Source: Camelus dromedarius
Lineage: Eukaryota
Reading direction: 5' to 3'
Assembly (NCBI RefSeq): GCF_036321535.1
Contig: NC_087436.1
Coordinates: 53,942,001-54,006,000 of the forward strand
DNA length: 64,000 bases
This document shows, one piece after another, positions 13,156 to 24,939 of this stretch. The notes beneath the pieces are model-generated. The model saw only the letters and a program-made list of their open reading frames with translations, had not been told where the DNA came from and made no database searches. Position numbers and translations under genes: made by a program. How positions within the stretch are numbered: the stretch's first letter is position 1; every line of letters begins with the position of its first letter.

Positions 13156-14894
13156 GTAAGTTTGAATTTGGTTTATTTTCAAGTTGAAAGCCTTCTCAGA
13201 AGGATGACCCCAATGAACACTCCTCCTGGCTTCTGTGTCTGCCAGCTGGAACCTACCTCTCACTTCTCCACGTGGTTTTTTGTTTGTTTGCTTGTGTGTT
13301 TATTATTTTCTGACTTGTTTTATGACGTAACACGATCTGTACCCTAATTGGAAATGTGTTATTTTCACTTATCTCAGTTTCTACTAAGAGGAACCAAGAA
13401 GAAAACTCTTGAGCAAACGTTTAGGTTATCATCAAAGCTGCCCATTCCTGTTGACATTGAAGGATGTTTTGCCATAGGTTTACCATTTTATTTGGTGTTA
13501 AGTTTGGATTCTTTCCTATATTCTTTGCCCCTTTTTTGGTTATCCTGTATACTTCATAAAGCTCATAATACTGTACTTATCAATAGAATGTTTATCCACA
13601 AAGTTCCTAAAGTTATGCCCCTCCAGGTATTTTTAACAGCACCTGCAGTTAAAACTGAAAAGCGAGACACTTCTAAGCCTGGTGGCTTCTCACAAGTGAA
13701 GAATCTGTGGAGCAGCACCACTCCCATTGAGGTTTCTGGACATTGCTGTGTGACGGCCTCTGCTACACAAACGAAGTAGCAGCTGCCCTGTTCTGCTCAA
13801 AATGCACAGTGGTATAAACAAGGGGTCAGAAGACACAGAACTAGTGCCAAAATCTGCTTAGCCAAGTGACCTCGGGTTAACAGGACCTCGAGCTATTTCC
13901 GCAGGAGTAAAATGGAAACCCTAGAAGCTGCTGTTTAACTCATGGGGATGTTGACGCGCTGATGAGCTGTGCGTGGTTGTATTAGGCTTCAGGTATTACT
14001 GTCCTACAAGCGGTCAGGCCTATATTGCACGCACTGAAAAGCTGGGTACGGTGAGCAGACCTGGACAGTGACGTCCGTGACATTCGTGTATATGGCAGCA
14101 CCGGAGGGCTGACAGAAACCCAGCGGACCAGGGGCTGTCTCTTGGTTGGACAGCCTTCCAGAGTGAGCTGAGGTCCTTTGGTGAAGGGAGGAGAGGGCTG
14201 CCTCGACATTCACCCTGAGGGAGCTCCCCCCACCTCTGCCCTCACCAGGCATGCAGAAGTGAGCTGAGTTGTGTTGGTTTTGTTCGGTGACAGCGTGACT
14301 GTCCTGGAGCCTGCTGTCTCTCAGGTGTGAAATTAAGCCCTGTTTCGTCTCCTCAGCAGACTTGACTGTTTTGTTAGGTCATAATGGATGCAGGCTCACC
14401 TCTTGCCAAGTATTATTGCTGACTAGTTGGTGTGGCAAGTCTGATGGAGCTTTGTAGGCAAACTGGAGGTGCACAACCCAAGCCCGAGGAGGACCCAGCG
14501 AGTTGGAAGAGCATGCAGATACACATTCTCTTGAGATGCTGTCTGCTTCCTATGGAAATTCTGTTATTTCATGTGATTTCACTTTTCTGTCATGGACTTT
14601 TAATATTTTGAAGTAGCTATTGGTCCTGAAACTCTTAAAATGGTCAAGGCTTGATGTGTATTAACTCGCAGAAGTCGAGCTGGTCCAGCATGGGGGGTGT
14701 CAGAGGGGCTTATTATGGGACCCCTTTTGAATCAGGCCTCGCTGAAGACTCACTGAACTGAACAGCTTGTTTTATTACGTTTTAATTAGATGATTGAATT
14801 TTTTCAGTTGAAAATACACATACATGCTCTTGCTTTAAAAAATTCAGAGTAGAAACATAATGAAACGGATTTATAATGCAAAAAGTAAGGCTCT

Positions 14895-15078
14895 AAAACT
14901 TGGGGTGATGGGTATCTTCAGTATCTTTTGATTGCAGTGATGGTTTTACCACATATAAATATGTCAAAACTTATAAAATGGCACACTTTAAATATGTACA
15001 GTTTATTGTATGTCAGTCAGACCTCAATAAAATGGATTTTTTTTAAAAAAAATCATTAAGGTGTAGAGATCAAAATTT
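14895..15078 (+). mobile_element. Short old LINE-1 3'-end fragment with probable TSD
   Basis: L1M-type 3' end (...cactttaaatatgtacagtttattgtatgtc...ctcaataaa) flanked by AAAAAGTAAGGCTCT (14880) and AAAAAGTAAGCCTCT (15079). Confidence 0.7.
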
Positions 15079-15492
15079 AAAAAGTAAGCCTCTGGATGTC
15101 CCGCCCATAGTCCCAACCTGCCTCTGTCAGACACTACCACTGTTTGGTGTCTTGTTACTCCTTCTAGAATATTCCACGTGTACTTGAGCCGAGCAGGTCT
15201 TGTTCAAACTGAGCCCTGCTGTACGGCTCCCGGTCTGCCCACCCTCCCCGGACACCATGGGCCTTGTCAGTGGCTCAAGTCTCATGCAGATACATCCTTC
15301 CAATTCTCCAGCCTTACCTTGGAGGCTTTTACAGGGGCCCCTTAGGTTCAGTTTGGTTTACAGATAGATTCTGAGCCAGAAGAGAAGGCAAGAGCTGGCA
15401 GCAGCTGGGTGTGGGTCGTTCTGGCGGGTGTGAGTGTAGGTGCCTGGTCGCCTCGCCGCCGGGGTGTTCTAACTCTCTCCTGTTTGCTCTAG

Positions 15493-15618
15493 TGGCAGTG
15501 CTGTGGGGCTTTTGGAGCTGATGATTGGAACCTAAATATTTACTTCAATTGCACAGATTCCAATGCAAGTCGAGAGCGATGCGGCGTGCCCTTCTCCTGC
15601 TGTACTAAAGACCCCGCC
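15493..15618 (+). CDS. TSPAN5: Tetraspanin-5 coding exon (probably exon 5), 126 nt, CCG motif
   Basis: ctctag|TGG CAG TGC TGT GGG...CCC GCC|gtaagt; WQCCGAFGADDWNLNIYFNCTDSNASRERCGVPFSCCTKDPA. Not in the ORF track; read by hand. Confidence 0.96.
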
Positions 15619-16189
15619 GTAAGTCCCCACCCGCGCCCGCGCCCAGAGCGCGTGGGCCAGAGCAGAGCGGGCTGTGGAAACCTCTTCTTAGTCCTGACGG
15701 TAGCTCCTGCTGGAGGGGCGGGTGTGGGTCAGCGCCCAGACCTTCTGGAGGAGTCCTAATCACCAACGTTGACTTAGCCGTGCGGGCGCTGCTTCCTGTT
15801 CTAAGCCTTTTGTGTGTTGGCACATTTAAGTTGGGAGCACTCCGACTGGCAGGTACCGCCACTGTCTTCCCTTTTCAGGTGAAACCAAGGCCCGTGGAGT
15901 TTAAGTAATTCTCCCCAGCTCCCACTGCTTGTGAGTGATGGAGCTGAGCTTTGGACCCAGGCAGCTGCCGGCACTGCCTGTTATTCCTTCTTTGTGAGAA
16001 GGACGGGCTCGTATGAGCGTGCTCTGCAGTGTCTGGGGTTAGTCACGCTTTTCTTCCTGCCTTCATGCTCGGGGAGTGTTAGGAGCAGGAGAAGAGCGTG
16101 AGACCAGCTAGGGCTGGACTCCTGGTAGGAAGACTGCAGGTGTCTACTCGGTCGTGATGACTACAGGAATGGCAGTTTGTATTTTATTT

Positions 16190-16254
16190 CATACATATAC
16201 ATACATATGTGTGTATATATATGTGTGTGTATGCGTGTGTATATATGTATATAT
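16190..16254 (+). repeat. Mixed (TA/TG/CA) low-complexity dinucleotide tract
   Basis: atacatatac...gtgtgtatatatgtatatata. Confidence 0.8.
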
Positions 16255-17666
16255 AAAGCCTGTTCGTAGGCCACTATTTTTGCCCCAGGTTTGATTGTAT
16301 TTTGAGTCAAATCATGTGCCTGGCATACAGAATGGCTTAAAATGCAGCTCTCCTGCTGTAAATTTAAAAGCCAGAATTGAGTGTTAGAACAATCCATGTG
16401 GTAGAAAAGGCATCCTTGCACTTGGCCCTTCGGCACCCTCCAGCCTCTCTCTGGCCAGTTAGTCCCCAGCAGCCCTCCCCAGACCAGCCCTTCCCGAGGA
16501 GGAGTAGAGCCCAGTGGGCACTGCGGAGTCCAGTGGCCTGTTTCCCCTGAAAGGGCGGGGGTGCGGGGCCCTTTACAAGCGGCCATAGTTACTCTGTAAA
16601 AATAATGAATCACAATGCTGGGCCCCTGAAACTAATATAATATTGTAAATTAACTACATGTCAATTTTTAAAAGTGAAAAAAAAAGGAGGGGTAGACCAT
16701 GCTCTCAGTTGGAAAAGCCGAACTTGCTGCAGGCCGCCCCTCAGGGGTCAGCCGGGGCTGTTACTCCTGGTCTGAGGGAGACTGAGAATCAGAGGACCAC
16801 GCAGCCCTGCTGAGACCTCCCCGGGAAAGCCAGCCTTTCCCACTGGCTCATTTCTCCCTCTTCTCTGAGGGGACTGAAGGCAAGAGAGTGCCTGGCACAG
16901 AGCCCAGGCAGCAAGTACAAGCTGGGCTCTCTCAGTCTCCAGCCCCTGCCCTGAGTGAACGTTCCATCGGAAGAATTCTGAAGATTCTCAGAAAGCATTA
17001 TGCCCCCCTTTCAAGTACAGATCCTCTGGGTAGAGATACCTCATTCCATAAATGCTAAGCTAATAAAATCTACCCTGTACCCTGCAGAGGGGAAACACAG
17101 ACAAACCTAAAACAGCGGAGCCCATGTTTCTGATCAGGCCTGTGAGATGTCAGGGCATCTGTCCACCTGTGATGTGGTCAGGGTATTGCTTTAATTATTA
17201 AAGTAATACATTCTTGTTGAAAAACCATTTAAATAATACACAAGTATATAGATTCAAAAGTAGAAGCCCCCCCCCCAAAAGAGCATAAATGAAGACAGTC
17301 ATTATAAAAAAACAAAAACCCTTTAACGATGGTTTTTGTTTGTCTCCAGTTCCCTCAATCCATAAGCTTCTTGAGGTGTCAGCTTTGAATCTGGAGCCTT
17401 CTGCATAATGGAATTGCTAGACTTTCTGATGTTTCCTGAGTTTCAGTTTTCCTCATTTGGAAAAGGACTGTTTAATACTTTCTGAGAATCGTCATAATAA
17501 TTACATGGGATTATATATAAAAGCATTTAATGAGGTGTCCGGGACACCTGTGTGCCCAAATATACATTCTATTACCAACATTTGACAGGGATCTTCTGCT
17601 AATTCCTAGGTGGGCTTCCTGTCGAGCAGGACTGGATTTCACTTTTCTGTTTCCTTTCTCCCCCAG

Positions 17667-17714
17667 GAAGATGTCATCAACACTCAGTGTGGCTATGATG
17701 CCAGGCAAAAACCA
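17667..17714 (+). CDS. TSPAN5: Tetraspanin-5 coding exon (probably exon 6), 48 nt
   Basis: ccccag|GAA GAT...AAA CCA|gtaagt; EDVINTQCGYDARQKP. Confidence 0.95.
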
Positions 17715-17803
17715 GTAAGTGGAATCTCCTCTTGTCACTTAGCGCATTGGAGGAGCTTTTGAACTTGCTTGGTGACACTGTGCTCTCCTCTTCCCTTGTG
17801 AAG

Positions 17804-17920
17804 GAAGTCGATCAGCAGATTGTGATCTATACGAAAGGCTGTGTGCCCCAGTTTGAGAAATGGTTGCAGGACAACTTGACCATCGTGGCTGGTATTTTCA
17901 TAGGCATTGCGTTGCTACAG
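17804..17920 (+). CDS. TSPAN5: Tetraspanin-5 coding exon (probably exon 7), 117 nt
   Basis: gtgaag|GAA GTC...CTA CAG|gtaagt; EVDQQIVIYTKGCVPQFEKWLQDNLTIVAGIFIGIALLQ. Confidence 0.95.
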
Positions 17921-18389
17921 GTAAGTCCAGGCTCCGTGGTGGGTGTCACAGGGAAATGACATCCCAGGAGAGCCCTCACCAGGGCAGGAGCTTTGCTCAT
18001 TCACCTTCACGTCACAGTTTTCAGGACCCATTGGAGAGTTGGGGAACAGACCTTAGCTGGATTTGGTTTGGATTTTATTGAAGCTCTGATTTTCAATGCT
18101 ACTATCCTCAAATACTTTAGGAAACCTGCTTTCCTTTTCAAGTTGGAGAGATTGGCTGGATCAGACAGGAATGGTCAGATGTAGAGCCTTGCCCAGTGGC
18201 AAGGCAAAAGCTTTTTGGAGCGTCACAGACGTGCTATGCCCCACCCCCCCCTCTCTGGCCCATCTTGCCAAAGTGCTAGTGAGGGAAGGGAGCATCCACT
18301 CTTCCTCCTAGGCAGTCCCGACAGCTGGGCTTTTCATCTTGTGGAGATGTGATGCTTTTAACTTAGAGGGTCGCAAATGGGGCACAATG

Positions 18390-20050
18390 GTTGAAAGAAA
18401 TTAAAGAAGACCATCCGTATTCATGGATTGGAAGACTTAATGTTTTTAAGGTGGCAGTACACTTCAAATTGATCTACAGATTCAGTGCAATCCCTGTCAA
18501 AATTCCAACTGCCTTTTTGGGCAAAAATGGACAAACTGATCCTAAAATTCATATGGAAATTCAAGGGACCCCAAATAGTCACACAAAATTGAAAAAGCAA
18601 AAAAAGTTGGAGAAATCTCACTTCCGGGAGCAACACTTACTACAGAGCTGCAGCAATCAAGATAGTGTGTACTGGTGTAAGGTTGGACGTGAAGATTAGT
18701 GGAATAGAATGGAAGGTTCAGAAAAAACCTCCACATCTATGATCAGTTGATCTATTTATTTGACGAGGGAACTAAGACCATTCAATGGGGAAAGAGTAGT
18801 CTTCCCAACAAATGGTGCTGGACCAACTGGATATCTATGTGTGAAAGATTGTATTTGGACCCCTAATTCACACCACATAAAAGAGATTAACTCAACGTCA
18901 ATCAAAGACCTAAATGTAAACGGTAAAGCTGTAAAAGTTTTAGAAGAAAGTATAGGTGTAAATCATTGTGACATTGAATTAGGCAGTGTTTTCTTAGATA
19001 TGATAGCAAAAGCACAAGTAACCAAAGAAAGGATGGATCAATTGGGCTTCATCAAAATTAAAAACGTCTGTGCTGAAAATGACACTGTCAAAAAAGTGAG
19101 AAAGACAAGCCACTAAATGGGAAAAAATATTTGCAAATCATTCCATCTGATAAGGATCTTGTGTATAGAATGTACGAAGAACAACTCAACAAGTAGAAAA
19201 AGACAAACTCTGTTTAAAGGTGGGCAAAGGATTTGAATAGACATTTCGCCAAAGAAGATACACATTAGCTATTTGTAATGACGTCATTCATTGTTGGGTA
19301 AATTCAAATGGAAACCACAGCGAGACACCACTTCACACCTACTAGGATGCCCGCAATAAAAAAGATGATAACAAGAGCTGGTTAGGATGTGGAGAGATTG
19401 GAACCCTCATATGTTGCAAAGGGGAATGAAAATGATGCAGCCTCTTTGGAAAACACTTAGCAGTGCTGAGAAAATGAAACAGTTACCATATGAGCCCGCA
19501 GTTCTACTCCTAGAGTACTGAAATGTGCCCCCAGAGTACTGAAAATATGTCCACCTGAAAACTTGTACCCAGATGTTCATAGCAGCACTGTTCACAGTAG
19601 CCCCAAAGTAGAAACCATCCAGATGTCCGTCGTGTGATGAGTGGATAAACAAAATGTGGTTTATCCATATAATGGGATATCATTCAGCCATCAAAATAGT
19701 TGAACTGCTGTTACGTGCTGCATCCTGGATGAACCTTGAAAACATTTTGCTCCGTGAAAGCAGACCGACACAAAAGGCCATGTATTACATGACTCTTTTT
19801 ATATGAAATGGCCAGACTAGGCAGATCCATAGAGATAAGAGAGTAGATTCGTGCTTGCCAAGGCTGTAGGGGTCGGGGCACTGAGGATGACTGCTCTTGG
19901 GTACAGAGTTTCTTTTCGGAGGGATGAAAACATTCTGGAATTAGTGGTGCTAGTTGCACATCCTTGTGAATACACTGAAGATCACTAAATTGTACACTTT
20001 AAAAGGATGAATTTTATAGGCTATGAATTGTATCTCAATTTTAAAAATCA
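18390..20050 (+). mobile_element. Older LINE-1 (L1M-type) ORF2 3' part and 3' UTR in the last TSPAN5 intron
   Basis: Degenerate ORF2 peptides (SWIGRLN...LIYRFSAIPVKIP) and typical L1M 3' UTR. Confidence 0.9.
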
Positions 20051-20069
20051 GTTTAAAAAAATTTAAAAT

Positions 20070-20252
20070 ATATACACAACAAGTTTATACTGTATAGCAC
20101 AGGGAACTATATTCAATATCTTGTAGTAAGCCTATGGTGAAAAAGAATATGGAAACGAATATATGTATGTGCCTATGTGACTGAAGCACTGTGCTGTACA
20201 CCAGAAATTGTTACAACATTGTAAACTGACTATACTTCAATTAAAAAAAAAA
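20070..20252 (+). mobile_element. Short LINE-1 3'-end fragment
   Basis: tatactgtatagcacagggaactatattcaatatcttg...cttcaattaaaaaaaa, similar to the 3' UTR of the young L1 copies. Confidence 0.8.
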
Positions 20253-20338
20253 TCAAAGATTTTTTAAAAAACAGGATTCGGTAGCCGAGGAAGAGCCCAG
20301 AGTACCTCTGTTTGACTCTCTTTTCCTTCCCCTATCAG

Positions 20339-20404
20339 ATTTTTGGGATCTGCCTGGCCCAGAATCTGGTGAGTGACATTGAAGCTGTCAGGGCCAGCTG
20401 GTAG
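20339..20404 (+). CDS. TSPAN5: Tetraspanin-5 terminal coding exon with stop
   Basis: ctatcag|ATT TTT GGG...AGC TGG TAG; IFGICLAQNLVSDIEAVRASW*. Confidence 0.96.
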   Translation: MFGICLAQNLVSDIEAVRASW

Positions 20405-22570
20405 AGCGCCCACCACAGCTGCATCAAGACACTGGACAGACCCAGCCTTCCTGCCCCACCGTGTGCCCAGCTGATAGCCATGCAGCACGGACCCTAATCA
20501 CAGAGGCACCCTGCAATCCCACCTGATGGAGCTGCCAAGAACTCGTTCTTTGGGGGGTAAAACTGGGAAATGCTGCTCACTGACAGAATTAAAAAGACAA
20601 AAACCAGTATGAAAGTCGTTGCGCCGTGAATCTCTACTGTGGCCGTGAATTTCTGGATGTTTGGATACTGACCAAAAGAGAAAAAAGGGAGGGTGGGGGA
20701 CCCAGATGTACTGAATTTGTGGAAAAGTCTCGTTCTCTGCTTCGGTGACTGGAGGGCCGGGGGAGGCAGTCTTGCTGGTGTTCGTCATGCCTTGAAAGCA
20801 CGGCCTTCTGTTCCGTGGCTGGAGGAGGTGCGCCTTTCCTAAGAAGGCTGTGGGGTTTGGGCATCCCGTCACTGTACATTTCAAGAAACTATTACAACGA
20901 TCACCCCGAGAAGAAAGCAGCTTGCCTTTGGGTTCAGATTTTTGTGACCACGTTCAACAAGTTAACTTGGGCGGGCACATCTGGTCTCTCCTGGAGTGTC
21001 TCCGTGTAAGACAAGTTGTGTGTTCTTTGCGCACTGGGCATGGGCTTTGGAACACTTCATGATGCCGAGTTTTAGTGGGACAGATCTTTTTTCTAAGTAG
21101 GCCTGAGTTTTATTTATCAGTGCAATCCAAGGAGAAAATGAGGTTAACGAAGAGGTATTGAATACCACAGCCCACCAAATTAGTCGTTGGACTCTTTAGA
21201 ATTCTCTGGGGTTTTGTTTTGTTGTGGATGTTTTCCTTCCTTCCTTCCTTCCTCTTTTTTTTTTTTTTTGTCTTCCAAAAGTGAAAGCTATGGTACAGTT
21301 TCTCTTGAATTTTTAAGTCTTCTCTTACTTGGCTCGAATATTAATTTTTTTCTATAATCTCTCTGCATGACCCGCGAATCTGAATCCACCAGCTCTTTGT
21401 CCTGTCATCTTTCCCACAAACCTTTATAAACGTTACCTGGTCAGCATTTATTTCGGAGGTTCCCAGTCTGGAGAGGTGTGGCGTGTCCTCCAAGCCTGGG
21501 AAGGGGCCAGCTGGGCCATCGCGGATGCTTGCACGGACTCCACCGGGAGGTCTGTTGGCTGGGTCTGGGGATTGATCATCGTGGCCTCTTCTGCAGCCTC
21601 CCCCTCTTTCCTTTAAATGGAATTAAACCAAGTTCTGAAATGGTGTTGATACAATCACAGGGCTTCTGATGCTTTTTTTTTTTTTTTCCTCTTCTGGTTT
21701 TAGTTTGTTTTTATTAAAAAGAAAACAAAAAGGAGTGCACGGCCAGAGGCCCTTCTGCTCCCTCAGTGCAGACTCACCATCAGCCTGGTGGCAAAGCACA
21801 AATACTTCAGAGGGGAGAGCAGGAGGGGGGCAAAGTGTTCTGTGACGCAAGGTGGGAGAGTGCACCTCCAGGCACTGCCCCCGCCCCGCCACCCACTCCA
21901 GATGGGAGGGACGAGTTTTGCCCCCAGATTTTTCCTACTAACAGGTGTCTACCAGGATGTCGCTCTCCGGGGGAGCAGATATTAGTCCGTGGAACACCGG
22001 GAAATCCACAGGCATATTTGAGAGTGATGACACATTTGCAGCACATAACTGGGCAGCCAGCCTGCGTAGTTTGTGGAAACTTAGCAAGGTTTTCCATTTC
22101 AGCCCCGCGTTGCATCGCCATGGCTGATGAATGCGTCAGTCTGCTCAGAGAAAGGACAAAAGTTCTCTGCAATTCTAGTCTCCAGAGGGAGGGCGTGTGT
22201 ATGACTCTGCATGTTTGTGTTTTCGTGTCTGTAGGCTTAGAGATGTTGAGTCCATCTGCTGGCCGTAAGATTTTACTTCCCCTCTGTCCCCACCACTGTG
22301 GTCATTCTGCACTGTCATTCCAGTGTGGAGGAGACTTGAGCTCTCCAGTTGGCCTTCTTGTCCTGTTTGTTACCTCATTCTCCAGTGAACCCCACCTGAC
22401 CAGTTGATGCAGAATCGGGCGAGATTCCCACCCTTTGGCACATCCAGTGAAAGGCCAAACAGCAAGTCCAAGTGAGTTCTAAATTTTAATTAATCACCCT
22501 TTATTTTTTACACTTGAGAGTGGTTGTAATAAAGGCTGTCATTAATAAACTTGGTTCTACCCTACATGGA
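20405..22570 (+). other. TSPAN5: TSPAN5 3' UTR (end approximate)
   Basis: Stretch with no recognisable interspersed repeat, running from the stop codon to tandem AATAAA hexamers; contains U-rich tracts. Confidence 0.7.
22528..22549 (+). terminator. Tandem polyadenylation signals of TSPAN5
   Basis: AATAAA at 22528-22533 and 22544-22549, followed by G/T-rich sequence. Confidence 0.75.
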
Positions 22571-24024
22571 GTTATGTCTTGGCTTCATTACTTCTCTCTC
22601 GAAATTGTACAGTTCTCTAATTTCAGTGGTACTCAAACCACAGCATGCACTGGAATCACCTGGAAAGCTTGTTAAAACACACAGGACTGGGTTTGCCGCA
22701 TCCCTGGCATTTCTGATCTAGGTCTAGAGCGGAGCTTGAGAAGGGGGATTTCTGACAGGTTCGCAGGCGGTGCTGTTGTTGCTTGTCTGGGAGGAACTTG
22801 GAGAGGCCCTGCTCTGGCCCAGTTCTCTGACAGGGGAGAAGGAGAGGAGGGATGTTTTGTGGTTGGGGAGAGAAAGATCTCTCTGTGCTGCTGGACACAG
22901 ACTGATGAGAGATGGGCAGAGCAGGGGACGTAGGAAATCTCTGTCCCTGAAATCATTGTCTGCTGGTCATAGTCACCTGGGGACCGTGGAGAATACAGAT
23001 CAGGCCTTGCCCCTAGCAATTCTAGAGTGGAAGAGCCAGATCCTGTATTTTTAAGAAACGCCCATGAAAATTTAATGCACGGTGAGATTTAGGACCCATG
23101 GTCCTAGGTAAATCTTAATAGCATTCACAGGTTTTTTTTATGAGAAAATAATTTCTAGCGGTCCCTTAGAGCAGGAATCTTAAAACCCCCTCTCCTGAGT
23201 TTTTAAGATTAAAATACCAACGTAAATGTCCTTTCGTTGTGGATTATGACTGCAGAAGGCTTCTGTCTTTCAAGCTATTAAAGACTATTTTTCAAAGATC
23301 AAATGAAAGCATAGGTTTAAGGTTCACATAGTGTCAGGGTCTGAGAATACTGTGTCCCAATACTTGTTGGAGAAACAGTTTGCCTCACTTCCCAGGATAT
23401 TTAAAACGAAGATAAGGAAATTTATCAGGGGTAACTGGAGATAACCAATCTCTATTTCTAGAGTTTTCTTAGCTGTGCTGTAGAGATTATCCATGCACAG
23501 GAGGTAATTGAGGATCACCCTCCTTGTTCAGAGCAAACTCTGGGCCAACAGAGGAGAAAAATCACAGCTCAGAAGTCAAAAGATGCTTTGTCTGCAAAAC
23601 TCGAACTTACAGGAAGTTTCTTCCATGTTTGGAAGGTAGACTTTGGAGGGGGATTATTTAATTTCTGTTTATCTCCATTGTTTGACCGGTTCCCACAAAC
23701 ATCCTTTGCTTCCATGGTTTAAAAGTTTAAAAAACTAACAATTTTTAAAAATGAATGTAGGAATTCAAAAGTAGAATTTCACAGCACGAAGCACTTGAAG
23801 AAGTGCCTTTCCTTGTTCCTCCTCCTCTTTCTTCTCCCAGAGAATTAACCTTGACTTCCCTTTCAGTTCCTGGTCATCCTTCTCTGAAGGAGGTTCTGAA
23901 AAGTGTCTGTGGCTTTTTCTTACTATGCAGAATGTTCCTCCATGTGCTGTGTGTGTGTGTACGCGCGCACTCGCCCAGCACTTCCATGGGGCTCCTCTCG
24001 GTGTCCGTTTCCGGCGGTTGGACT

Positions 24025-24072
24025 GGCGCCCTGGGAAGCCGGTGGGCCGGCGCCCTGGGAAGCCGGTGGGCC
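24025..24072 (+). repeat. Perfect 24-bp tandem duplication
   Basis: GGCGCCCTGGGAAGCCGGTGGGCC x2. Confidence 0.95.
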
Positions 24073-24920
24073 AAGCAATGAGGAGCCAGTGACCTGGCAG
24101 GCCCTCCCCCGCTCTTTGTCATTTATTCCACGGAGCCCTCCTTCTCTAGGGAAATCCTGCTGAGACCTCCAAGGAAGAACTGGGAAGAACCTCTCCATAA
24201 ACACCGGCCAGCGGGGGTGGGTGGCCAGCACCCAGCAGTGAGGCCCGGGGGCTGCTTCTAATCACTGCCCTCTCAGGAGTGGGAGGCCTGGTCCTTGAAC
24301 GAGAAGGAGAATGCAGCGCTTGCCTGGAAATACTCCAGCTCTGGCCTTGTCATGGTGACAGGATAAAATCTCTACACCACCACAGGCAGATGTATCTGGG
24401 CGGGGTCGGCGAGGGGGAGGGAAGCCAAACTCTAAACGGGGACCCAAGCCATTTCTTTTTTGGAAGAGTTTGTGATTAAAGTAGAGTTTATACGATTATA
24501 CTTTCTAAGACTTCTTTTATTTGAGGAATCAAATACAGCTTTCCTTGGGGTGCGCGTGCTGAGTAGTTTTCCTGGGAGCTGGGCACCAGTGAGAGGGTGC
24601 GTGCTTGAGTGAGTCTAGCCTGGTGTCTTTTAACCCAAACCAAACTTGCGCCAACCAGTGCACCTTACTCCTCCACTTCTAGGAACTCCCATCAGAAGAC
24701 AAGAGCAAGGAAGAGCAGGTTAGTTCCTGGGCTTTCCACTGTGTAAATTTACTCCGAAAAGAAAATGGTCGCGTGCAAGCAGGGTAGTGCTTCCCATGCT
24801 GTTGCTCATCATGGAATGTGTAGATGCATTTCTTGTGGGAGGGAACCAGATCCAAAGCGGGAGCTTGTCATCCTGTGTCGGCTTTTGCGAAACAACTGGT
24901 CTGAAAGGAACGTTTTAGTG

Positions 24921-24939
24921 GCCTGCCCTCTAGTGGCGA
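24921..24939 (-). promoter_or_regulatory. Candidate CTCF binding site
   Basis: Minus strand reads CGCCACTAGAGGGCAG, a close match to the CTCF core motif. Confidence 0.6.

Noticed and set aside
20402..20410. Stop-codon readthrough of TSPAN5 (also checked RAP1GDS1)
   Set aside because: Contexts TAG-AGC and TGA-GAA do not match the known TGA-CTAG readthrough motif.
20420..20442. REST/RE1-like motif (tcaagacactggacagacc)
   Set aside because: Only the GGACAG half matches; the left half deviates too much from TTCAGCACC.
21766..22407. 213-aa ORF in the TSPAN5 3' UTR
   Set aside because: Non-ATG start, no recognisable homology, lies in a GC-rich UTR; no support for translation.
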